64,000 nucleotides of DNA from an uncultured candidatus Brocadiaceae bacterium (lineage in GTDB: Bacteria; Planctomycetota; Brocadiia; SM23-32): positions 22,201-86,200 of the forward strand of contig CAZEAP010000010.1 in NCBI GenBank assembly GCA_964510315.1. The letters are read 5' to 3'. Positions 28,660 to 36,528 of this stretch are shown here, in pieces (position 1 is the stretch's first letter; each line of letters opens with the position of its first letter). Position numbers and translations under genes: made by a program. The notes beneath the pieces are model-generated. The model did no database searches. It saw nothing but the letters and a program-made list of their open reading frames with translations, and was not told the origin of the DNA.

Positions 28660-29412
28660 CTACGTCCGCTCCCAGGCGGCCAGCGCCTCCTCCAGAATGG
28701 CGGCCATCCGGCGGACCTGAAGCTCCACGGCCCGCTGACCCCGCTCCGGCGACGCGTGCTCTCGGGGGTCCTCGCCGTTGACCGACACCGGCCAGGTGTC
28801 CCGATCCTCCGGCAGGTTCTCCATCTGCACCAGTTCCGGCCGGAGCGCCATCACCAATGACGTCTCGTTGGCGGCAGCGTGATCGGTCTGGATCCCCAGG
28901 CCGTCCGACTCGTCCTCCCGCCAGCAGATGAACAGCCGCAGGCCGAGCTCCTCGCTCCACCGGTCGATGTGGTCGCGGAAGCAGTTCGTGGACGGACCGT
29001 GTCCGTGACCGACCACCACGCGGAACCCCGCGCGACTGAGCTGTTTCAGTATGGCCTCCAGCAGCCGCTCGAACAGGTCGTGGGGCACCCAGTAGGCGCT
29101 GCCCGGCAACTGCAGCGGCTCGCCGTCCTGACCGTTGGTGTCGGCGTAGTCCATGCCGTAGAACTCCCTGCCGTCCACCTCCCTCCGCCGGTCGGGGCCG
29201 ACGAAAAGCTTGGGCAGCACGATGCCGCCGGCCTCCCGCGCCAGCTCTACGAAGAAGCCCTGGCTCTGCAGCCCGTCCGACCCGAGCGGCAGGTGCCTTC
29301 CGTGCCACTCCAGCGTCCCCAACGGAAGGTAAGCGATGGGGGCCTCCGCCAGTCGCGCCGTGAAATCCGGGGGCGTCAGTTCCGCGTACAGCACCTTCTC
29401 ATCCGCGTTCAC
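28660..29412 (-). CDS. Creatininase-family amidohydrolase
   Basis: LPLGTLEWHGRHLPLGSD motif of the creatininase/ArfB family. Confidence 0.75.
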   Translation of the reverse strand: MNADEKVLYAELTPPDFTARLAEAPIAYLPLGTLEWHGRHLPLGSDGLQSQGFFVELAREAGGIVLPKLFVGPDRRREVDGREFYGMDYADTNGQDGEPLQLPGSAYWVPHDLFERLLEAILKQLSRAGFRVVVGHGHGPSTNCFRDHIDRWSEELGLRLFICWREDESDGLGIQTDHAAANETSLVMALRPELVQMENLPEDRDTWPVSVNGEDPREHASPERGQRAVELQVRRMAAILEEALAAWERT

Positions 29413-29431
29413 AGATTCCCTCCTCCCAAGA

Positions 29432-29773
29432 TCACCGGGCTACGGCCTTCCATTTCCGCTGAAGGATAGCGTACACGCAGGTGTCGCGCCATCGCCCCGA
29501 ACATGAATAGCAGGGATCGTAGGCCCGCACGAGCATCTCGCAGCGTCGGCGGATCTCTTCGGTCGGGCGGTGGGCCACCTGTCCCACCAGTGCCTTCATG
29601 TCCTCCTCCAGGCCGAGGAAGTTGTGGGCCGTCGGAGCGACGATGTTGGCGCCGGTTACCTCCCCCTTGCGTGTAGCTTTCACGGCCGCCGGCCGGACAT
29701 TGCCCCCGTCCGGCCCAAAGCAGCCGGTACAGATTGGATTGTGGCTGAGGCCGGAAAAGCCGCCAAGCGTCCG
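29432..29773 (-). pseudogene. Orphan fragment resembling the C-terminal ~70 aa of a [NiFe]-hydrogenase large subunit
   Basis: GANIVAPTAHNF...ALVGQVAHRPTEEIRRRCEMLVRAYDPCYSCS parallels the IVAPTTWN ... DPCxxC C-terminal nickel-binding region of NiFe large subunits. The frame is closed by a stop 30 codons upstream of the GTG start (29683). No N-terminal 400+ aa of a hydrogenase is present. Confidence 0.4.
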
Positions 29774-29835
29774 TCACCCGCCCCTGCCCTGTGGCTCCGA
29801 GTTCGACGGGTGGGAACACGCCGATCCGCCACGCC

Positions 29836-30771
29836 TCACTCGCCGGCCTCAGGCCGGTCGCGCAGCAGGGCCTCCAGGTGTTCCGGAACGTGGGTGGGCT
29901 CCTCGGGCACCGGGCATACTCGCACGCAGTCCCCGCGGACCGGGGCATGCGGCCTGCCCTCCCGCCGGCGCCGGCACAGCGTGGGATCGGTCCTCACCGG
30001 GGTATCGATGAAGATGTCCTCCCGGTCTACTTCCTCCACGAACCGATAGTCGCGGCAGGACGCATCGTCCCTGAGCGTGATGGCGTCCATGTAACAGGCT
30101 TCCAGGCAGAGCCGGCAGTCCTCGCGGAGGCAGATGGGTTCGTCAATCAACGGGTCGGGCACAAGAGGCGCTTCGGTCACGATGGAATTGAAACGCTGCC
30201 GCGGGCCGAACTCGCCCGTGAGAACGAGGTTGTTGTAGCCGAACTCGCCCAGGCCGGCGCGGGTGGCGGCGTGGCGGTGGGAGAAGGGCCCGAACGTGTA
30301 GTTGAACGGGCTGTGGCCCTCCCAGATTTCCTTGTCGCTCATGCCCTCAACGCGGGGATGTATGCCGGTGGTGGGGAAGATCATGGTTCGATAGCCGCTG
30401 CGGAGCAGAAGCTGTCCGATGACTTGGGCTATCAATTCCAGCATCACGTCGTGGAGGGCGTGCCCAACGCGGTTGTACAACAGTTCCATGTAGGGATATT
30501 TGGCGTGCTCGGGGATCATGGGCAGCTCCCGCTCGGCCAGCACCGCGGGCGCGTCCAGGACGGGTCCAAGGATGGGCTGGGCGATCGAGACGACCGACCG
30601 TGCGCCGGGCAGGAAGTCCCGGGGACGGTGCCCCTCGGGGGGCGTATCCCCCAGGGGCGGCCTCGGCTCGAAACGGTCAACGGACGCCACGCCTACCAGC
30701 GCCGCCCCGTGGTCTTTCGTTACCTCCTTGACCCTGCAGGTCAGTTCTTCGGAAGAACTCGGCTCCGTCAT
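29836..30771 (-). CDS. QueG/reductive-dehalogenase-like 4Fe-4S dicluster protein
   Basis: N-terminal domain [12 protein letters not shown], central [43 protein letters not shown] and Cys clusters [14 protein letters not shown] / CVRVCP. ATG at 30771 with GGGAGG RBS. Confidence 0.65.
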   Translation of the reverse strand: MTEPSSSEELTCRVKEVTKDHGAALVGVASVDRFEPRPPLGDTPPEGHRPRDFLPGARSVVSIAQPILGPVLDAPAVLAERELPMIPEHAKYPYMELLYNRVGHALHDVMLELIAQVIGQLLLRSGYRTMIFPTTGIHPRVEGMSDKEIWEGHSPFNYTFGPFSHRHAATRAGLGEFGYNNLVLTGEFGPRQRFNSIVTEAPLVPDPLIDEPICLREDCRLCLEACYMDAITLRDDASCRDYRFVEEVDREDIFIDTPVRTDPTLCRRRREGRPHAPVRGDCVRVCPVPEEPTHVPEHLEALLRDRPEAGE

Positions 30772-30855
30772 CTGCGCCTCCCGCCCTCTGCGCGTAGGAA
30801 TACCGCGAACCCGTGCATCATAGGGACAGCCTGGCGGCGCGGCAAGAGCGAGCCG

Positions 30856-31176
30856 CGCCACGCCGAGGCGGTTCGGGTGGAGTATGATCCTTCGAAGGTT
30901 TCCTACCGGGAGCTTCTGGACGTGTTTTGGAGCAGCCATAACCCAACGACGCCGAACCGCCAGGGATTCGACGTTGGTTCACAGTACAGATCGGCCATCT
31001 TCTACCACGACGGGAGTCAGGAGGCCGCCGCCAGGGCTTCAAAACGGGAACGGGAGCAGGCCGGAAGGTTCAGCTCGCCGATCGTGACCGAGATCGAGCC
31101 GGCATCGCGGTTCTGGCCGGCCGAAGACTACCACCAGTGCTACCTGGCCAAACGGCGAGGCGAGCCGGTGGAGTAA
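30856..31176 (+). pseudogene. msrA: 3' fragment of peptide methionine sulfoxide reductase MsrA (catalytic N-terminal half missing)
   Basis: [62 protein letters not shown]...[25 protein letters not shown] aligns with the C-terminal ~105 aa of MsrA. The GCFWG active-site region is absent in all frames, and its expected position is occupied by the minus-strand gene 29836-30771. Confidence 0.6.
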
Positions 31177-31211
31177 ATAGCTTGCCGGGGGCGCTGAGGG
31201 GCTTGCTGCAT

Positions 31212-32750
31212 CTACTCCGAGGTATCCCGCTGGAACATCCTGGGTGTTTCGGGAGACTCGGCGAGCATCTGGGCGCCGCGCCCCACCACGGCCTGAGACA
31301 CGATGCCCTCGACGGTGCTGCCGCTGCCGATGATGCTTTCACTGACGTGACCGTCGCGCACGACGGCACCCTCCATGATGATCGAGTCGCGGACGGTTGA
31401 GTTGCCAACACTTGCTCCGGGGCCGACGTACACGTGGGGCCCAACGCGGGCACTTTCCAGGACGGCCTCTTTGGCAATCTGCGCCGGTCCCTTGATATGG
31501 GTTTCCGAATCGTGTCTGCCTCTTCGAGAGTCAACGAGAAAATGCCGATTGGCGTCGAGAAGCTTCCTCCGGGTGCCGACGTCGAACCAGGGCTCGGTCG
31601 TCAGGTGACCGGCCAGCGGGACGCCGCTGACGACCAGCCAGTGCATGAAGCTGCCGAGGCTGTACGGATCGCCGCCACCCTTGAGGTACTTCGGCAGGGA
31701 GTCAACTTCCTCCTCACGTAGGAAGTAGCAGGCGGTGCTGATGTTCAGAAACGCGGGTATTTCCTGCTTCTCCGTGAACTCGCTCACCGTTTCGTCGGAA
31801 TCGAGGGTGGCTACGCCATACTGGCTGACGTCGCTGCCCGTCTCGAACCTGTAGAGGGCATTGGCGCTGGTACCCTTGCGAGCAGCAAAACGCAGGAACT
31901 CATCCAGTGCGAAGCTAAACACGTTATCTCCGCCCAAGACGACGACATCGCGAGGTCCCTGCAGATTCACCGCGTAGTGGAGCGCTCCTATAGGTCCAAG
32001 ATTTCCGCCGGAGTCGCTCACTGGCTCGGCAATCACCTCAGCGTCCTCGGTGCCCACACGCGTGAGAAACGCACGGATATCTTCCTGAAACTCTCGGTTG
32101 GTCAAAAGGTAAGTACGACGGACGGAGCTACAGTCCCGGATAAAATCCAGGACGTAACTGAGAACAGGTTTGCCGGCAACAGGCAGCAGAACCTTGCAGA
32201 AGTCCAGCGTCAGCGGCCACAGCCGGGAACCGGAACCGCCGCAAAGCACGATGCAGTCCACATCAGGCGGGCCCGAAGCGCGAATCTTCGGAAACGCTGC
32301 AACTATTTTGGCGCGCAAGTCGTCGGGCGTGGTGAAGAAGTTCACCGTCACACGCTCGGAGACCTTGTGTCGGAACGCCTTCTGATCCTGCCAACGGCCG
32401 TCCTCGATGAGCAGGTTGGCCGGAACAGGGAAGTCTTCTGCCGACAGAAGCATAAGACAGGGCTTGGACAGCTCTTGGGCTACCTCGAACTCCAGTTCAG
32501 TGAAGCTGATCTCGGTGCCCTTCGGGCTGCTGCCGTAGCACGGCCCCAGGAGGCCGACGAAGACGTCACAGTTCCCTATCTGCTCCCGACAGTAATCGGC
32601 CGGAGTTTGGTGGTCGACCGTGAAGTCCTCCATCCGAACGCAGTGATGGCCCATGGACTTGACGGCCTTCTCTGCCGCGTCGCGGTATGCCAACAGGTCT
32701 TTGGTAGTGGAGCTGAGGAACACGGTTTTGGGGTTGTTGTCTGCAGTCAT
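31212..32750 (-). CDS. DUF4062-domain / sugar-1-phosphate nucleotidyltransferase / left-handed beta-helix fusion protein
   Basis: N-terminus KTVFLSSTTKDLLAYRDAAEKAVKSMGHHCVRMEDF...CDVFVGLLGPCYGSSPKGTEISFTELEFEVAQEL matches the DUF4062 family (VFISSTxxDLxxER ... SYTELEY). Then an NTP_transferase core (LCGGSGSRLWPLT, GGDNVF, EKQEIP, WFDVGT), then hexapeptide repeats. ATG at 32750 with GGAGA RBS. Confidence 0.7.
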   Translation of the reverse strand: MTADNNPKTVFLSSTTKDLLAYRDAAEKAVKSMGHHCVRMEDFTVDHQTPADYCREQIGNCDVFVGLLGPCYGSSPKGTEISFTELEFEVAQELSKPCLMLLSAEDFPVPANLLIEDGRWQDQKAFRHKVSERVTVNFFTTPDDLRAKIVAAFPKIRASGPPDVDCIVLCGGSGSRLWPLTLDFCKVLLPVAGKPVLSYVLDFIRDCSSVRRTYLLTNREFQEDIRAFLTRVGTEDAEVIAEPVSDSGGNLGPIGALHYAVNLQGPRDVVVLGGDNVFSFALDEFLRFAARKGTSANALYRFETGSDVSQYGVATLDSDETVSEFTEKQEIPAFLNISTACYFLREEEVDSLPKYLKGGGDPYSLGSFMHWLVVSGVPLAGHLTTEPWFDVGTRRKLLDANRHFLVDSRRGRHDSETHIKGPAQIAKEAVLESARVGPHVYVGPGASVGNSTVRDSIIMEGAVVRDGHVSESIIGSGSTVEGIVSQAVVGRGAQMLAESPETPRMFQRDTSE

Positions 32751-32853
32751 GGCTTTTCTATCTCCGGTTGCCGATCCCTCAAAAATAAGCCCGGCTAAGC
32801 CGGCTCGCGACGCCACAATGATAGCAGGAAAGTCCGTCCCGGGAAACCGGGTC

Positions 32854-35433
32854 TCACAGCTTATACACCTCCAGGCCGGCTTCTCCGAGTACTTCCGGCC
32901 AGTCCCGGACTGCCTGGCGGTCGTATTCTTTGATCTTCTCGGGTAGTTCCTCCCAGGGGACGAGATAGGGACTCACTTTGACTTTGGCGTCGCGTCGCGG
33001 ACCGTAGCTCCACCCCGCGCGGAGCCTTTCGAGAATCCAGCGCCCGTGCTCCATCTCGGCCATGGTTTCCACTTCCTCGTCGGTGAACTGCACGGAGGCG
33101 GGCTCGCCCTCGGCCTCCCCCACGCCGTATCCGATGCGGCGGAGCGTCTGCTCGGCGTAGGCGGCCTGCTGGCGGTTGGACTCTTTCAGGTCCTCGCGCA
33201 GTTCCTGCCACGGCACCATCGCCGGATCGGCACTGCGGTAGCGGTTCTCCTCCAGGAACCGCTCGTGTACGGCCTTGCCCGCCCTTTCGACCAACTCGGC
33301 GGGTATCTGCGGTGTGGCGGGATTGACGAACGCCCGAACCGCCGCCGGGTCGGGGGGCAGCCAGATCAGCCGGGAGGCCGGCCACCAGCGGCGTTCCTCT
33401 CGCAGTTCCGAAGCGCTGCGACCGCTGGACTCCACCACACCCACTGTGGCGCCGAGGGCGAGGGCCAGCCGCGCCTCAAAGCCCGTGATGGGACCGCCGT
33501 TGATCACCAGCACGCGCACGTCGGCGGGGTCGACGCCGGCCGCGATCAGGTCAATCCAGGACTGCAGCGGTTCGAGGGCGGTGAAGTCCCGCGTGTGAGG
33601 CTCCGCCCTTCCCCTTCCCATGTCGGTCGTCACCTGCACCTCGTATCCCTCGTGCAGCTTCACCTCGTCGGGGAGCGGCGGCATGAAGAAGGGCCGGTAG
33701 CCTATGCGCCGCACCTCGTCGGCCGGTCCTTCGGTGGCATCGGCGGCCAGGCCGCTGACCCCGGCCGTGGTGCCGCCACCGACGACGATGCCCCGGAACC
33801 CCTCAAACGCTTCCCGCAGCATTTCGCGGTATTGCTGCATCTCCTGTTCAACGCTGGCCGCACAGCCGCCGCTGACCATCGCGACATCGCCACTGACCGG
33901 GCTGAGGTCCGCCGATACCAGGCCCTCCAGCTCCTCCGTCCGCTCCCGTACCTCGCCGGGCATCTGTTTCTCACGCTCCGGCTCACCGCTGGCCTCCCGG
34001 CCGGCCGCCGTGACAACCACGGCAAGCAGCAGGAATCGGCGCACCGCTTCGATCGCCCAGTTCAGGTCCGCGAACGCGGGCATTTCAGGCAGCGACCGAA
34101 GGATGGGTTTCTCATAGTGCTCGACCGAGCGGAGCGCCAGGCAGATGGGCGTCGGGCTCGCACTGAGTTCGATACCCCGCGCGTAGGCGGCAAGCGCCTG
34201 GTAAGGACGGTCCAGCAGCAGGGCGAATGTCCCCATGTCGTAGAAGGCCCAGGGCAGGTAGATCTCTACCTCGGCCCAGTCCCGGCAGGTCTCCACGGCC
34301 GCCTCGAGGCTGGGGCGCATCAGCGAGATGAACTCGACGTCGCCTACGAAACCGGTCTTACACTCCAGATAGTTCGCCAGCACGTGAGCGTCACCGGGGG
34401 CGGCCTCGAAGGCGCGTTCGTAGTAGTGTAGGGCTTTTTCCGGCTCCTCCTCCCAGGTGTCCCCCAGCGCGCAGAGGGCGTCGGCATCGGTGGGGTCCAG
34501 CGCGACCGCGCGTTCCAGCTCGGCCCGGCCGCCTTCGCCGGCCTGATGTTTGGCCAGGCCGAGGTCCCGCAGGACGGGCGCGGAGCCGGAGTGACGGAAC
34601 GGCTCCAGGACTTCCATCGCCTTCTGCCAGTCTTCAAGCGAGATGGCGAGGGCGGCGATTCGGTCCGCAAGGTCCGAGTTTTCCCGGTCGTAGCGGAGCA
34701 CCATCTCCCACTTGGCTATCTCTTTGCGCATCTCCTCAGGGTCCATGTAAGCGCCGTAGTGGGATTTGTAGGCGTCCAGGGCCTCGACCGCTCGTCCGAA
34801 CTGGCCGTCCGCGTCCTCCAGGAGCGCAGCGACACGCGCCAGTTCGCGCCGGAACCTGTCCGGCACGTCGAACTCGCTCTTGTAGACCCTGTCGTGGCTG
34901 ATGCCCGCCCAGGCGTGTTGCAGGAGGGTTCGCACCTGGATCTCCGCCTTGCGTTCGCCGATCCGTTCCAGCACGTCGATCCCGCCCTTCCGGCGGCTCA
35001 CCTCCTCGATAGCCTCTTCCAGGCAGGGCCTGTCGCCGCGAAGCTGCACGACGTAATGCACGGAACGATAGCCAAACTCCTCCGGCCGCAGCCTCCGGAG
35101 CACGTCCATGCTGTTGGCTTCATCGATCCGAAAGTTCTCCCGGACGAACCGGCAGATTCGCCGGACTTCCGGCTGCGTCTGGGTGATGACGCGGGCGCCG
35201 CACAGATCGGTCATCTGGGAGACCGGGGCGCTGTAGCGGTCGCTTCTGCGGACGATCTTCTCGGCGAAGCTGGGTATGCTCTTGGCGCGGGTCTGCACGA
35301 TGCCGACCGTCTCGCAGTCCTTGCAGGCGCGGGTAAGGGCCTCCGAGAGCACATCGGCGTAGAGCACGTAACGGGGCCGCTCTTCGGAGTACCTTTCCAC
35401 CTGCCTCTCATGTTCTACCGGGTCTACAGGCAT
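32854..35433 (-). CDS. RelA/SpoT-domain (alarmone-synthetase-like) protein with TPR, LOG/SLOG-like and C-terminal RyR domains
   Basis: 859 aa, no HD hydrolase domain. N-terminal synthetase motifs TRAKSIPSFAEKIVRR, TDLCGARVI, GYRSVHYVV and EIQVRTLLQHAWAGISHDRVYK. Central TPR-like helices. A Rossmann-like region VVGGGTTAGVSGLAA...INGGPITGFEARL fits the LOG/SLOG GGGxxG / PGGxGTxxE pattern. C-terminus EHGRWILERLRAGWSYGPRRDAKVKVSPYLVPWEELPEKIKEYDRQAV matches the RyR domain (GWSYG). ATG at 35433 with GGGAG RBS. Confidence 0.7.
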   Translation of the reverse strand: MPVDPVEHERQVERYSEERPRYVLYADVLSEALTRACKDCETVGIVQTRAKSIPSFAEKIVRRSDRYSAPVSQMTDLCGARVITQTQPEVRRICRFVRENFRIDEANSMDVLRRLRPEEFGYRSVHYVVQLRGDRPCLEEAIEEVSRRKGGIDVLERIGERKAEIQVRTLLQHAWAGISHDRVYKSEFDVPDRFRRELARVAALLEDADGQFGRAVEALDAYKSHYGAYMDPEEMRKEIAKWEMVLRYDRENSDLADRIAALAISLEDWQKAMEVLEPFRHSGSAPVLRDLGLAKHQAGEGGRAELERAVALDPTDADALCALGDTWEEEPEKALHYYERAFEAAPGDAHVLANYLECKTGFVGDVEFISLMRPSLEAAVETCRDWAEVEIYLPWAFYDMGTFALLLDRPYQALAAYARGIELSASPTPICLALRSVEHYEKPILRSLPEMPAFADLNWAIEAVRRFLLLAVVVTAAGREASGEPEREKQMPGEVRERTEELEGLVSADLSPVSGDVAMVSGGCAASVEQEMQQYREMLREAFEGFRGIVVGGGTTAGVSGLAADATEGPADEVRRIGYRPFFMPPLPDEVKLHEGYEVQVTTDMGRGRAEPHTRDFTALEPLQSWIDLIAAGVDPADVRVLVINGGPITGFEARLALALGATVGVVESSGRSASELREERRWWPASRLIWLPPDPAAVRAFVNPATPQIPAELVERAGKAVHERFLEENRYRSADPAMVPWQELREDLKESNRQQAAYAEQTLRRIGYGVGEAEGEPASVQFTDEEVETMAEMEHGRWILERLRAGWSYGPRRDAKVKVSPYLVPWEELPEKIKEYDRQAVRDWPEVLGEAGLEVYKL

Positions 35434-35795
35434 GGCGGCTCCCTTCTTCTAAGTTATGCAGGTCTCCCGGTGCAGCGCCGGCTCGGACGCGGTGGGCCGG
35501 TGAACTCCGACCGTCTGCCGCGTTCGAAAGCTAAGCGACGACTCCGGCGTCCTCGACCTCTACCTGCTCCGGCGATACGTGGTTGTCTACCGGATGGGGT
35601 CGCCCGGACAGTGGCGCCCCGTGAGTCAGACTGCTTTCGCCTCTCCCAAGCTGCGCCGTTTCAGCCTTTCGGCAACCGCACAGGCAAAGGCGACGTGCCC
35701 GCGTCGGCTTTCGGCGCGATGAAGCTTCCATACATATAAGGCAAAGCGGGCACTTTGGAAAGAAGAAAAGGCATGACTCGCGAGGGTTCCGCAGG

Positions 35796-36494
35796 TTACA
35801 TGGCCTCGTAAAGAACGTCCACGTGCCCATTTTGAGATGCCTCTGCCACCTCGTCCACGGCGCCCCTGTACTGCGCCAGCTTGGAGCCGCCGAAGATGCG
35901 AAACAGGACGGCGGCAAGATTGTGGTGTGTTTCGATCACAGCGTCCGGGAAATGGGATTCGCGGAGCGAGTTTTGGACGTAGAAGGCGTGGCTCTCCAGC
36001 AGCGTCATCACCGGCTGGACGGCTTGCACTTTGGCCAGGGCCTCCCGGGGGGAGCCGCCTCCTTCCGAAAGGAGGGCGGAGGCCTGCCGAATCGCCTCGT
36101 CCACGCGTTCGAATAGATTCCCGTGGTTGACGTGCTGGCCCCGGTGCACCAGTTCGTGGGCGACCACCAGTCGCAGTCCGTTCAGATTGCTCTCGTCCAC
36201 GTTCTCGCGGACCACCAGCAGCTCCGCGCTGCTGGGCTCGTATGCGGCCAGCGCATTGTTCTCCACCACGTATTCAAGCAGTCGCTCCAGCAGGCCGCGT
36301 CCGGTGTCTTCGACCGGAACCCCCGCCCCCCGCAGCCTCCCGAGTACAAGTTCCTCATAGCCCCGGTCTTTCGGGAGGACGCGCTCGCCCATGTCGTCTG
36401 CGTAAATGGCCCACTCGGTGGCTTCCTCGACCAGTGGGGCGACTTGTTCGGCCAGGCGACTCACAAGCTTTTCGGTGATGTTGATTTGGGCCAT
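35796..36494 (-). CDS. HExxH-motif putative zinc metallopeptidase
   Basis: VVAHELVHRGQH zinc-binding motif; ATG at 36494 with GGAGGA RBS. The track's longer N-terminus, starting at 36587, is unlikely. Confidence 0.5.
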   Translation of the reverse strand: MAQINITEKLVSRLAEQVAPLVEEATEWAIYADDMGERVLPKDRGYEELVLGRLRGAGVPVEDTGRGLLERLLEYVVENNALAAYEPSSAELLVVRENVDESNLNGLRLVVAHELVHRGQHVNHGNLFERVDEAIRQASALLSEGGGSPREALAKVQAVQPVMTLLESHAFYVQNSLRESHFPDAVIETHHNLAAVLFRIFGGSKLAQYRGAVDEVAEASQNGHVDVLYEAM

Positions 36495-36528
36495 TTGCTT
36501 CCTCCGCCGTGTCGGCGGGTTCGAGGTC

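Noticed and set aside
29791-31176. 461-aa + strand ORF
   Set aside because: It is a run-on frame antisense to the QueG-like gene. Only its last ~105 codons (30856-31176) encode recognisable MsrA sequence.
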